DNA from: Limisphaerales bacterium
GTDB lineage: Bacteria; Verrucomicrobiota; Verrucomicrobiia; Limisphaerales; JAJOIW01
Length of the DNA: 64,000 bases
Assembly: GCA_965657355.1 (NCBI GenBank)
Contig: CBFHOE010000003.1
Span: forward strand, 32,001-96,000
Direction of reading: 5' to 3'
Shown here: piece after piece, positions 9,883 to 19,435 of the stretch
How positions within the stretch are numbered: position 1 is the stretch's first letter
How the letters are laid out: the number at the start of each line of letters is the position of its first letter
Notes under the pieces: model-generated
Told to the model about the DNA's origin: nothing
What the model saw: the letters and a program-made list of their open reading frames with translations, nothing else
Database searches by the model: none
Made by a program: the position numbers and the translations under genes

Positions 9883-12800
9883 ATGAGATATCCTTTTCCT
9901 TTTCTTTTTCTTCAGAAGAATTTTTCTACTGCTGTTACTGCCGCAATGGCAATACTCATTATTTGCCCCCATTCCTCGGCCAATGGAATACAAGGTAAGC
10001 TTGAGTTCAAGGACGGATATTACACTTCAGGGGATTTACTTAAATCTGAAAAAGACGGTGAATTAAGATTTTTATCAAGTGGATTCACAGAGCCATTAAT
10101 ATATTCAATGGCAGGTTCTATTATTTTCAAACCTCACAGAATAGACCACAGGAATGATGGTCTTACTCCGTCGAGGCGTATTATGCTGAGAAATTCTGAT
10201 TACTTGGATGGCGATCTGGTTGACATTAAAGAAGATCTAATTGTTTGGAAGTCGGATGTTGTGGGTATTCTCGAGATACCACGCAAAGAGGTGGCACAAG
10301 TTTTTTTCCCAAAGACTCAATCGAGTATTTTTTTCGGCCCGCGGGATGTGTCTGACTGGCAGGTCAAATCTGGTAGCTCTCAAGATTGGAGTTTTGAAGG
10401 AGGAAGCTTGGCCACTACAGCTCCTAATACGTCTATTTTTAAAAATTTTCCTTCACTGACTCAGGTTCAAATTCACCTGAAGTTATCATGGAAGAAAAGG
10501 GGAGATTTCTTAGTGGCCATCGGAACTTCTGATCTTGAAGCCGATATAGCTAGTGCTTATCGTCTCGAAACTTGGTCTGGAGAATTAGTCGCCCAACGCG
10601 AAACATCGGATGATATCGATCTTTTCTCAATAAGTTCCCTCCAAGATGGTGCCAGCGAATTGGAGTTAAAAATTAAATTAGACCAAGCCACCGGTGAGTT
10701 GGAGACTCTTGATGCAAATGGTCAACTGCTCGGATCATTGAAAGTGCCTTCACCTGAAAATATGTTCAATCACGGGGTGCTTATAAAGAATAAAGGGGGG
10801 GACCTGAGCATCGATCGACTCAATATTATTCCAATCGACCTAAACTTGGAGTCTGATTCAAAATTAGCCGGTGGGTTTTTAATTAATACCGAAGGTGAGC
10901 TCACATCACTTGCCGAGCTAGCATGGGACAAGAATTCCGCATCTTTTACAAAACCGAGTGGGACTGTCGATGAAGACACTATTTCTGAAACTAAGGTTGA
11001 ATTAGTAGAAAATGAAGACGAGCAACCTGGAGAAGTATCAGATGTTGAAGATTCTCAAACGTCCAATCTGGTTGTTCCCGATGAAATCATACCTATTGAA
11101 GGTCTGCAACTTATCCACTTCAATTCATTCTACGATGAGTTAAAAGAAGCGGATTCAATAGATTGTCACGGGAGTGCTCGCTTTTCAGGTGATGTACAAA
11201 GAATAAATACTGAGGACGTATCAATGAATCCAAGTTGGGTGTCGTCAACTATATCAATCCCATTTAATGATTTGACACGAATTAACTTCAATCCCAAAGG
11301 TGGCGAAAATGAAGAATCTCCTTGGATTTTAAATATCTCCCAAGAAACCCGGCTTTCAGGTGATGTCACAGGCGTCAAATTTGTCGGCAAAAATAAATAC
11401 CCCGCCTTGGTTTGGAAACCACAATTTAGCGAAGTTTCAGTCCCATTGACACCTGGTTTAAAAGCCTTCCTGTACCCAAAGAAAAAGGCCAAGCCAAATT
11501 TATTAAACAAGATTGTTAAGAACAATATTCTTCAAATCAATAGCAAATTATATCCAAATTTATTGTTGATAAAAACCGGTGAGATTGTTCCATGTAATAT
11601 TCTTGAAGTTAATGACGAGACTGTAAAGGTGCTTACCTTCTTCAATAGCGAGGCGACTATACCATTGAGTTTGATTAGGTCTTTGGAATTATCAAACAAA
11701 CCCTTGCCGAAATATTTTAGTTCGAGTTCCAACAAGCCAAATATGAATCAAGGTTTTCGAAGGATGCCGATACCTTCATTTAAAAATTCTATAACTCAAA
11801 AGCAAAAAGAAAATTTGGATAAATTTTTAACTCTTACAAGATCTAGAAAGTATTTGCCCCCCACCCATATTATTCGGGCAGTTAATGGAGATTTAATAAA
11901 AGCTGATTTCGTTTCACTCGACGCAAGTCACGTTACCTTTGAGCTCAATGAGATTGAAAGAAAAATTCCACGTGATCGAGTGGCAAGTATATCTCCAATA
12001 GAATTAAATTCGGAATCGCTTGAAAAATCCTCTCCCGATGAACCAGCCAAACCGGATGAGCAAGACGGTGGGCAAGTGGCTGATGCCTTGGAAATTATTC
12101 CTGGAACGGTTCAATTAAAAATGGAGAATGATTACTACATAAATGTTCTCCCTGAAAATTTCAAAGAGGGTAAACTTTTTGGCCAATCAAAGACTTTAGG
12201 TGAATGCTCCATACCAGCTCTCATGGTAAGCTCAATAGCATTAAGGCCCGAAACTAAAACTTCCAGAAACAAGTGGCCCCATCTAGATTGGCAGATGGTG
12301 CACGCTAAAGAGCCTGTCGCGGCGGCAGTAAAATCACAGGACCCGGGCCGCCAAGCTCCTGACCCTCTGGTCGGAATGGATGCAACTGATTTTACGCTCG
12401 AAAATTTAAGTGGTCAAAATACCTCGCTATCGAATTTTAGTAATAAAATAGTCGTTCTCGATTTTTGGGCATCTTGGTGTGGCCCTTGCATGACAGCTAT
12501 GCCAGGAATTATCGAGACTGTTAACAAGTTTGAGCAAGAGGACGTAAAGTTAATAGGAGTGAACGTACAAGAGGATAAGACCACTGCCGCTCGCACAGTG
12601 AAGGGTAGAAATTTTGATATGGAAGTCGTTCTGGATACCACAGGTAAAATTTCTATGGCTTATAATGCAGGAAGTATCCCTCGTACAGTTGTTGTAGGAA
12701 AAGATGGAAAAATAAAATGGGCCCACACTGGGGCCTCTCCGACTCTTGGGGATCAATTGGAAAATGTTATAAACGCCCTCCAGAAGGGAATACCTCTGGA

Positions 12801-13245
12801 CCAAGCATCAGCTCCGGGATTAGGCCAGGATGTTCCAGATTTTTCAACCCGCTTGGTGAGCGGAAAACCACTACAGCTTTCAGATCTAAAAGGTAAAGTC
12901 ACTGTCTTGGATTTCTGGGCATCTTGGTGTGCCCCGTGCATTCAAGCAATGCCTGAATTAATTTCTGCAGTGGAAGGTTTTGACAAAGATAAGGTCCAAC
13001 TCGTTGGCATTAACCAAGGGCAATCCGCTCAAATCATCTCTAACTTCATGAAAAGGAAGGAATGGGAATTTGATGTGGCCCTGGATTTGGATCAATCTAT
13101 CGGAGCAAAGTTTGGAGTTTCAAGCATCCCTCATACGATCATTTTAGATCAACAAGGCAAAGTGGCGCACATACAAATAGGATATAGACCTGGCCTCGAT
13201 GATTCATTCTCTCGAATTATAAAAAATTTGCTCGAAAGTGAATAA
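9883..13245 (+). CDS. Large secreted protein with two C-terminal TlpA/ResA-like thioredoxin domains
   Basis: 'VLDFWASWCGPC' and 'VLDFWASWCAPC', each followed by an 'SIP' cis-Pro loop. The N-terminal ~820 aa is beta-rich with repeated 'NxDxLxG'-type units. Confidence 0.8.
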   Translation: MRYPFPFLFLQKNFSTAVTAAMAILIICPHSSANGIQGKLEFKDGYYTSGDLLKSEKDGELRFLSSGFTEPLIYSMAGSIIFKPHRIDHRNDGLTPSRRIMLRNSDYLDGDLVDIKEDLIVWKSDVVGILEIPRKEVAQVFFPKTQSSIFFGPRDVSDWQVKSGSSQDWSFEGGSLATTAPNTSIFKNFPSLTQVQIHLKLSWKKRGDFLVAIGTSDLEADIASAYRLETWSGELVAQRETSDDIDLFSISSLQDGASELELKIKLDQATGELETLDANGQLLGSLKVPSPENMFNHGVLIKNKGGDLSIDRLNIIPIDLNLESDSKLAGGFLINTEGELTSLAELAWDKNSASFTKPSGTVDEDTISETKVELVENEDEQPGEVSDVEDSQTSNLVVPDEIIPIEGLQLIHFNSFYDELKEADSIDCHGSARFSGDVQRINTEDVSMNPSWVSSTISIPFNDLTRINFNPKGGENEESPWILNISQETRLSGDVTGVKFVGKNKYPALVWKPQFSEVSVPLTPGLKAFLYPKKKAKPNLLNKIVKNNILQINSKLYPNLLLIKTGEIVPCNILEVNDETVKVLTFFNSEATIPLSLIRSLELSNKPLPKYFSSSSNKPNMNQGFRRMPIPSFKNSITQKQKENLDKFLTLTRSRKYLPPTHIIRAVNGDLIKADFVSLDASHVTFELNEIERKIPRDRVASISPIELNSESLEKSSPDEPAKPDEQDGGQVADALEIIPGTVQLKMENDYYINVLPENFKEGKLFGQSKTLGECSIPALMVSSIALRPETKTSRNKWPHLDWQMVHAKEPVAAAVKSQDPGRQAPDPLVGMDATDFTLENLSGQNTSLSNFSNKIVVLDFWASWCGPCMTAMPGIIETVNKFEQEDVKLIGVNVQEDKTTAARTVKGRNFDMEVVLDTTGKISMAYNAGSIPRTVVVGKDGKIKWAHTGASPTLGDQLENVINALQKGIPLDQASAPGLGQDVPDFSTRLVSGKPLQLSDLKGKVTVLDFWASWCAPCIQAMPELISAVEGFDKDKVQLVGINQGQSAQIISNFMKRKEWEFDVALDLDQSIGAKFGVSSIPHTIILDQQGKVAHIQIGYRPGLDDSFSRIIKNLLESE

Positions 13246-13354
13246 AGCATTACAACACAATCCATAATCTCAAAATGAAAACTAATTACACAAAATCAAG
13301 ACCATCACCATCGGCCTCCTTGTATCCACTTTCTTTCGGAAAATTACATTTTAA

Positions 13355-14635
13355 ATGAATTCTTTAGCCATGAAAATTCTATTTCCATACTTCCTATTAG
13401 TATCTATTTTCACCATATCCTCAGTTTACGGAGTCGATAACTGGACGGGTTGGCTTGGTCCGAATAGGGATGGACGTGTCACTGGTTTTCAGGAACCAGA
13501 CAAATGGCCAAAAGAATTAGAAAGAAAGTGGATTCAAAAAGTGGGTTCTGGTTATGCGACACCCTTAATAATCGCAGATAAAATATATATCCATTCAAGA
13601 ATCAAAGATAGCGAATACTTATCCTGTCTGAATCTTCAGAGTGGTAAACTCATATGGCGAAAAGGTGAGGTAGTTCCTTTCACTATGGGTTCAGGTGGTG
13701 AAAGTCATGGTAAAGGTCCAAAATCAAATCCTATTTATTCAGATGGTAAAATTTTTACATTCAGCATCTCCGGATGTCTCTCCGCGCGCGATGCTTCTAA
13801 CGGTCGTCTCTTATGGCAGAAGAAATATGGCAAGAAATTAAAAAAACCACATCCATTTTGGGGGGCAACAACATCTCCTGTTGTCAGTGGTCGCAACGTT
13901 TTTGTTCATTTTGGCAGTTGCGATGATGGAATACTATGCTCCTTTAATGCAAGATCAGGAGAAGAGCTATGGACAAAATCAGGCGATGGCGCATGTTATT
14001 CTTCTCCTTTGGCAGTCGAATTGTTCGGTGTTCCTCAGCTTGTTGAATGGAATCACCGAGCTTTAGTTGGGGTTGAAATAAAATCAGGAAAGACATTATG
14101 GGAATTTCCATTTCCCCACAGGGGCCAGAACCAGAACATGCCTACCCCAGCATATTATGAGGGCCGATTCTTTTTGGGCGGAGAAAACAGAGGACTAAAA
14201 TGTGTAAGGCCAATACTTGTTGACGGTCAGTGGACTGTAAATGAGGAATGGTTTCAAAGGAGAGCACCGCTCGATATGAGTTCTCCAATTATTTCCAACG
14301 GGCTACTATATGGACTCTCGCATTATGACAGAGGACACCTCTTTTGCTTGGACACTTCGACCGGTGAAATTTTATGGAAAGGCCCGCCAAGAACAGGGAG
14401 CCATGCAACCTTTCTTTCGACTCCAAATCATATCATTTCCTTATTGGGTCATGGCGAGCTAAGAGTTCTTTCCTCTACTTCTGAAGGCTATGCTTTAAAG
14501 GCAAATTACAAGGTCTCCGACAAACCAACATGGACAGCACCGGTCTTGCTTGATGATGGTATTCTCATAAAAGATGTTGATAGTCTTTCTTATTGGAAAT
14601 TTCCAAAAGCAAGTCTACCAAATCAGATCAATTGA
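13355..14635 (+). CDS. PQQ-like beta-propeller repeat protein (BamB-like family)
   Basis: Signal peptide, 'NWTGWLGPNRDG', repeated 'GKxxW' blades and 'SSP' motifs. Confidence 0.8.
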   Translation: MNSLAMKILFPYFLLVSIFTISSVYGVDNWTGWLGPNRDGRVTGFQEPDKWPKELERKWIQKVGSGYATPLIIADKIYIHSRIKDSEYLSCLNLQSGKLIWRKGEVVPFTMGSGGESHGKGPKSNPIYSDGKIFTFSISGCLSARDASNGRLLWQKKYGKKLKKPHPFWGATTSPVVSGRNVFVHFGSCDDGILCSFNARSGEELWTKSGDGACYSSPLAVELFGVPQLVEWNHRALVGVEIKSGKTLWEFPFPHRGQNQNMPTPAYYEGRFFLGGENRGLKCVRPILVDGQWTVNEEWFQRRAPLDMSSPIISNGLLYGLSHYDRGHLFCLDTSTGEILWKGPPRTGSHATFLSTPNHIISLLGHGELRVLSSTSEGYALKANYKVSDKPTWTAPVLLDDGILIKDVDSLSYWKFPKASLPNQIN

Positions 14636-14970
14636 TAGTTACGGACCGCACGATTCAAAACCCTTTTTTATAGGCGTGCTGGTTTACAGAGAACAAAATA
14701 AGTTTTCGGTTTATTTTGGCTATAAATAATCCAAGTGCAAAAAATCATGAGAGCTGCCCGAACTATCTTCCGGCCAATAAAGAATAGTTTATTCACATAA
14801 TTTGAGTTGTTGGTCCTGCTTGCCAACCATTTGTACCTCAATAGGTATATCCGAATAAAGATGAATAAAACAGACCTCTGGATGCCCGACACCTGAGTGC
14901 ATAAATCTACTAAGTCACTCACCCATTTGAAAGCCCAGGCTTTCCGAAGCGTGAAATTTTACTCTCAAGA

Positions 14971-16488
14971 TTAGAAGCTATTATTAAGTCTATCCCCGAA
15001 TTTCAACCCGAAACTTTTGATGGCCTTTTTAACCTTAGGTATTTCGTCTCCATCAAATGCCCCATTCTGGTTTTCATCAAACCGCATAATTTGCTTCATG
15101 AAAAAACTAGATCTTGCTCTTCGTGAACTAGACCCTCTGGCGAGCATACTTGATAGAAAAGAGAATGTTTGGTGATCCTTCAAGGCTGTTTTGATTTCTT
15201 CAAACTCCCCGTTCTTTAATGGGCTGACCCTTAATGTGACGCTGCCCATTTCATCATACGAGAAGGGCCCCCATTTGACACGTTTGGGGGGCGAGTTTGG
15301 ATTGAACAAATTTTGTTCAGAGTTATCCCATACAACCTCTGCTTCAATTCTAGTCCCTGCCTGCAATTTAACAGGCTTTGAAAATACATACCCTTCCTGC
15401 CAGTTGAAATCCCAATCATCAATTCTCACTAACTCAATTTCTGAGCCATTCGGCGTAATGGCTTTCATTTCCATTTGTTTTCCCAGGTAATGAGCATGTG
15501 CGCTTATCCCGAAAGCTTCCACATCAACCGGGATTTCGAATGAGTCTTTGACAGAATAATGCGATTCCCCCGCAGGAATGTCTATTCCAGCAAGTGCCCC
15601 AAATTTTGGTGGAAGTTGGATTCCTGTAAACGGCCGGGTTGCTGGTTTTTCGGATAGATACAGACCTAGTGAGGTAGCCTCCTTTTCAGGTTTTCCAGAA
15701 GGATGAAAATGTGTTTGCAAAACAATATCTGAGTTGGGTGGAACCTCGAATGCCATCCCGTCAGGTAACATCTTAGCGGTCCCACCAACGGCCCACCCAC
15801 CAACAGGTTTTAGGCGGCTGGTGAAGCCCATCCCACTGAATCCCGGTTTTGCATCTCTGGCATCGCGTTCCCGCGCTTTTCCCGATGAATCAACGAAGTA
15901 GAGAACATGATGAACGACAGGCCTTGCTGTTGGACGAATCTCTATGGCTTTTAACCAAAGAGTTTCTTTATTGCTCAAAGGAAAGACAAAATTTCGGTAG
16001 ATATCGGGACCGTCCGCATAAACTTCATATACTTCCGGCATACTAACAACCATATCCGGTTCCCCGGCAAGCCAACCATTCGGGAATTTTGGGCGCTCGG
16101 GTGCGTCTGAAACGTTTCCTTCCTCTAAGCCTTGCTCAATCCAATCAAGAAGTAATTTCTTATCTCTAGCTCCCAACTTGCGGGCGTCCTTGTAAGAGAG
16201 GTGTTCGCTTTTGGCGTGCCACGGCGGCATGTATCCATCTATCACAACTTCCTTTATCTGTCGTGCCCGCTTCCTCACGTCATTGTAATCGAGTAAAGAA
16301 AAAGGGCCGGCTTGGCCTGGTCGATGGCAATTGGAACAATTGTTCCAGATTATAGAAGCAATGTTTTTATGAAAAGTAATCCCTTCTCCGGCTTGGGTTT
16401 TGCTCGGAACAAAAGCAAAACTCAAAAATACAAGAAGTGCGTGGAATGCTAATCTAGATCCCTTAGGATTTTTCAAAATATTAATCAT
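14971..16488 (-). CDS. Cytochrome c + copper type II (PHM/DBH-like) monooxygenase domain protein
   Basis: CxxCH 'CSNCH', 'MPPW', Cu ligands 'VVHHVL', 'HAH' and 'DEM', 'WDFNWQ', C-terminal EF-hand-like 'DENQNGAFDGDE'. Confidence 0.75.
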   Translation of the reverse strand: MINILKNPKGSRLAFHALLVFLSFAFVPSKTQAGEGITFHKNIASIIWNNCSNCHRPGQAGPFSLLDYNDVRKRARQIKEVVIDGYMPPWHAKSEHLSYKDARKLGARDKKLLLDWIEQGLEEGNVSDAPERPKFPNGWLAGEPDMVVSMPEVYEVYADGPDIYRNFVFPLSNKETLWLKAIEIRPTARPVVHHVLYFVDSSGKARERDARDAKPGFSGMGFTSRLKPVGGWAVGGTAKMLPDGMAFEVPPNSDIVLQTHFHPSGKPEKEATSLGLYLSEKPATRPFTGIQLPPKFGALAGIDIPAGESHYSVKDSFEIPVDVEAFGISAHAHYLGKQMEMKAITPNGSEIELVRIDDWDFNWQEGYVFSKPVKLQAGTRIEAEVVWDNSEQNLFNPNSPPKRVKWGPFSYDEMGSVTLRVSPLKNGEFEEIKTALKDHQTFSFLSSMLARGSSSRRARSSFFMKQIMRFDENQNGAFDGDEIPKVKKAIKSFGLKFGDRLNNSF

Positions 16489-16654
16489 TGCTGTAAAATT
16501 TACTTATCCGAATTATCAGTACGATTTAACACAAAATACCTCAGTTTGTTTCAATGAAAACTGGTAAGAGTGATTTATGCCATTTTTACAAAATACATGG
16601 CACTTTTTTCAAGCCATGAAACCCTCCAGTTCTCCATCATTAAAAATCGTTTGA

Positions 16655-18493
16655 TTACTGCAAACCACTAGCCTTCTTGCCTATGATTTTTTTGAGAATT
16701 GAGTCTAATCCAGACAGATTTTTATTCAAAACAATTTCGGTATCTTTGGTCGATTGATGGTCGATAATCCCAATAGGGCCCGAATATTCAGAATGAATGA
16801 TTTGCTCTATCATTAACTTTTCATATTTCCCACTTCCAATCTCCAAGATTTTCGGGCGCGCAATTTCGTTCATACCATTTAAGTTCAAGCAAAGAAGGTG
16901 GGGTGCCATCATTTGAAGATTTGAATGGAAATCTTCAATTCGATCGTGTGCATGATGGAAATTATAAACAATTCCAACATGGTCTGCTCGATAATTTTCT
17001 TTCAAGTAACTCGATACCGCAACTAGGTTTTCAGGCTGCCCGCCCCATCCTCCATGATTATACAAGCCCAACTTTAATCCTTCCTTCCTGGTCAGCTCAA
17101 CAAGTGGGAGCAGACGCTCTACTGATGCAGAAATTTTCGCACTTTGAGAGCTGCCTTTAGGGCTTGGAGCTGTCTTCCAAATTTGTGGCTTCAGCTCGTA
17201 TTTTCGAAATAACTCCATGGCTTTTGGGTGAACGTCCCAGAAGGCAAAAAATTCAATATTATTTTCTTTGTACTCCAGTATTTCTTTTTCAAAAGTAGGT
17301 ATGTGCTCAACACGCCAATCGTAAGCGACTCGATTAATACCTAATTTTTTAAGCATTTTAGCCCGCTCACTTGGGGTTCTTTTCTTGGAATCAAAAGGCA
17401 CAATACACCAAGCCACTAAGTTTTCTCTTTGGAAATGGCTTGGAGGAAGGTTCGCTTTTTTATTTCTGGCGTTACTTCCTAAATAAAGCACGGCGTTATC
17501 AATAATTTTCAATGGAAGATTCTCTTTAAAAACTGGATAAGTTTCATGGCCGGGTCGAAAATAGAATACTTCCCCTTCGCCGACGTTCCAAAGCATACCA
17601 CTTCTAAACCACTCGCCAGCCTCCCAATATTCTTCAAATATAATGGCGTCCGGCTCAGGAACGTGAAAGGGCTCAGAATACATCTCCGTTTTTGTGATTT
17701 CGAAATTTGATGGGATCCCGTGGGTAATTGGATGACTCATTGAGCCTCTCTTGATTGTGCTTGGTTTGCCATCCGCTCTCCATGCAGGAAAACAGCAATT
17801 TGGTAAATTGACCTGAATTTCGGTAGCTGTTCTTCCTCGGCGATAGGCTAAGTAAAATGGCGTGAGAGCAGATGAGGCATACGGAGCAATCCGTCCAGGA
17901 GGTGAGATGTATTCTACCATATCATCAGGAATCTGAAATCTCTCCCTCGCTATTTCTCTGGTTTTTTCATTCATTGCCTCCATGAAGGGGGTCGACCAAT
18001 GAGCCGAATGAAGTGCTATCAGAGAAACTTTACCTTTTTTTAATCGGTCAATAATAGGCTTTGATTCCGAAACAGAAACTTCCAAATGTCTTCGGTGACC
18101 CCACCATATTATCACATCCACCATTTCTATTGTTGGCGCCCCAATACCATGGTTTTCAGCATCAAGATTCGTGGAAATAATCTCAAATTTTTCGTTTTTT
18201 TGCAGGTGCTTAGCGAGCGTTTCACCTAGAAAATCGTCGTAGGCTTTCTTTTGTTCAGTTTGTTGCTCATCCCAAATAAGAACGCGGATTTTTTCTTTTC
18301 CAAAACCAGATATTTCGAAGGATAGAAAAAAAAGAAAGATGACGGATGGATATATAATGCGTCTTATTGATTGGTCTACATAATTATTTATATTTCGTAA
18401 TAAAAATCTAAATAATGAAAGCTCCTTATTAGTACCTGGATTATCATTCACGACTTGAATTAAATGAGTTTGAAGTGTTGATTGTATTGTCAC
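16655..18493 (-). CDS. ThuA-like domain fused to a sugar-phosphate isomerase/epimerase-like TIM barrel; start codon uncertain
   Basis: ThuA motifs 'DVIIWWGH', 'LHSAHWS', 'EMYSEPF', 'FYFRPGHETYP'; TIM-barrel part 'GLYNHGGW', 'YNFHH'. Confidence 0.7.
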   Translation of the reverse strand: MTIQSTLQTHLIQVVNDNPGTNKELSLFRFLLRNINNYVDQSIRRIIYPSVIFLFFLSFEISGFGKEKIRVLIWDEQQTEQKKAYDDFLGETLAKHLQKNEKFEIISTNLDAENHGIGAPTIEMVDVIIWWGHRRHLEVSVSESKPIIDRLKKGKVSLIALHSAHWSTPFMEAMNEKTREIARERFQIPDDMVEYISPPGRIAPYASSALTPFYLAYRRGRTATEIQVNLPNCCFPAWRADGKPSTIKRGSMSHPITHGIPSNFEITKTEMYSEPFHVPEPDAIIFEEYWEAGEWFRSGMLWNVGEGEVFYFRPGHETYPVFKENLPLKIIDNAVLYLGSNARNKKANLPPSHFQRENLVAWCIVPFDSKKRTPSERAKMLKKLGINRVAYDWRVEHIPTFEKEILEYKENNIEFFAFWDVHPKAMELFRKYELKPQIWKTAPSPKGSSQSAKISASVERLLPLVELTRKEGLKLGLYNHGGWGGQPENLVAVSSYLKENYRADHVGIVYNFHHAHDRIEDFHSNLQMMAPHLLCLNLNGMNEIARPKILEIGSGKYEKLMIEQIIHSEYSGPIGIIDHQSTKDTEIVLNKNLSGLDSILKKIIGKKASGLQ

Positions 18494-19417
18494 ATGATTT
18501 TTGGAATTGAAAATGTTAATTATCTTTTATTGAGAATTCCTCGGGTATTAATCTTTGGTCTTTTCTTTGGCTTCATTTCATCTCTACTGGCGCAGCCATC
18601 CGAACCTGGTTTGTATGCACGCTTTTCTGTAGGTGAACATAATTGGACAGTCCATTTAGAATACAAAAAGACCCCAAGAACAGTTGCTAATTTCATTTCT
18701 TTAGCGCAAGGAACTCGTTCATGGTTGAATGTGGTAGACGGTCGTATAGAAAATTCAAACTTTTATGATGGGACAGTTTTCCACCGTATTATTGCCGATT
18801 TTATGGTGCAAGGAGGCTCGCCAACCGGATTAGGAAATGGTAATCCTGGATACTTCTTTAAAGACGAATTCCATGAGGAGCTAGCCCATGATAGACCTGG
18901 TATTCTTTCCATGGCAAATAGCGGCCCAAACACTAATGGCTCTCAATTTTTTATCACAGTAAAGGAGACACCCTGGCTTGATGGGAGACACACTGTCTTC
19001 GGTGAAGTCATAGATGGGATGGATTCTGTATTGGCTTTATCTTTAGTGGAAACCGATACTAGTGACCGACCGGTATCTCCTCAAACTATTCAAAAACTTC
19101 AAATCATAAGGGTAGGAAAAGAGGCTGAGGCCTTTAGCTCAGAAATGCTTGAGACTCCACTTCCTCAGATACTCCGCATTAACAATTCCGCGATGGTCAA
19201 CAATGACGGCATCTTGCGGCTTTCGTGGAATCACAAAAACCCTGTTAGATATACTCTTCTCTGGACTAGCAATTTTAAATCTTGGCAGAATTTGCAACTC
19301 AATACGCGGTCATCAATTGATCTGCTCGTTAGAGCGAGCGATGGACAACTTGCCCCTATGCAAGATTATTTCAGCAACAATTATTTCGTGATCTACGCTT
19401 CCGATCTTGAGGAATAA
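18494..19417 (+). CDS. Secreted cyclophilin-type peptidyl-prolyl cis-trans isomerase with an extra C-terminal domain
   Basis: 'FHRIIADFMVQGG', 'LSMANSGPNTNGSQFFIT', 'WLDGRHTVFG'. ATG at 18494 preferred over the track's TTG at 18482. Confidence 0.9.
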   Translation: MIFGIENVNYLLLRIPRVLIFGLFFGFISSLLAQPSEPGLYARFSVGEHNWTVHLEYKKTPRTVANFISLAQGTRSWLNVVDGRIENSNFYDGTVFHRIIADFMVQGGSPTGLGNGNPGYFFKDEFHEELAHDRPGILSMANSGPNTNGSQFFITVKETPWLDGRHTVFGEVIDGMDSVLALSLVETDTSDRPVSPQTIQKLQIIRVGKEAEAFSSEMLETPLPQILRINNSAMVNNDGILRLSWNHKNPVRYTLLWTSNFKSWQNLQLNTRSSIDLLVRASDGQLAPMQDYFSNNYFVIYASDLEE

Positions 19418-19435
19418 GAATCAAAGTGAATCGCT

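Noticed and set aside
13259..13271. 13-mer AATCCATAATCTC also present at 62412-62424, both just after stop codons
   Set aside because: Exact 13-mer pairs are expected by chance in 64 kb of AT-leaning DNA; only two copies and no shared flanking structure.
14668..14922. 84-aa minus-strand ORF in the 335-bp gap between convergent genes
   Set aside because: GTG start, no recognisable motif or clear RBS, and composition resembles translated intergenic DNA.
16588..16604. TGGCAC as a third sigma54 promoter
   Set aside because: No TTGC at the -12 position, and it faces away from the flanking minus-strand genes.
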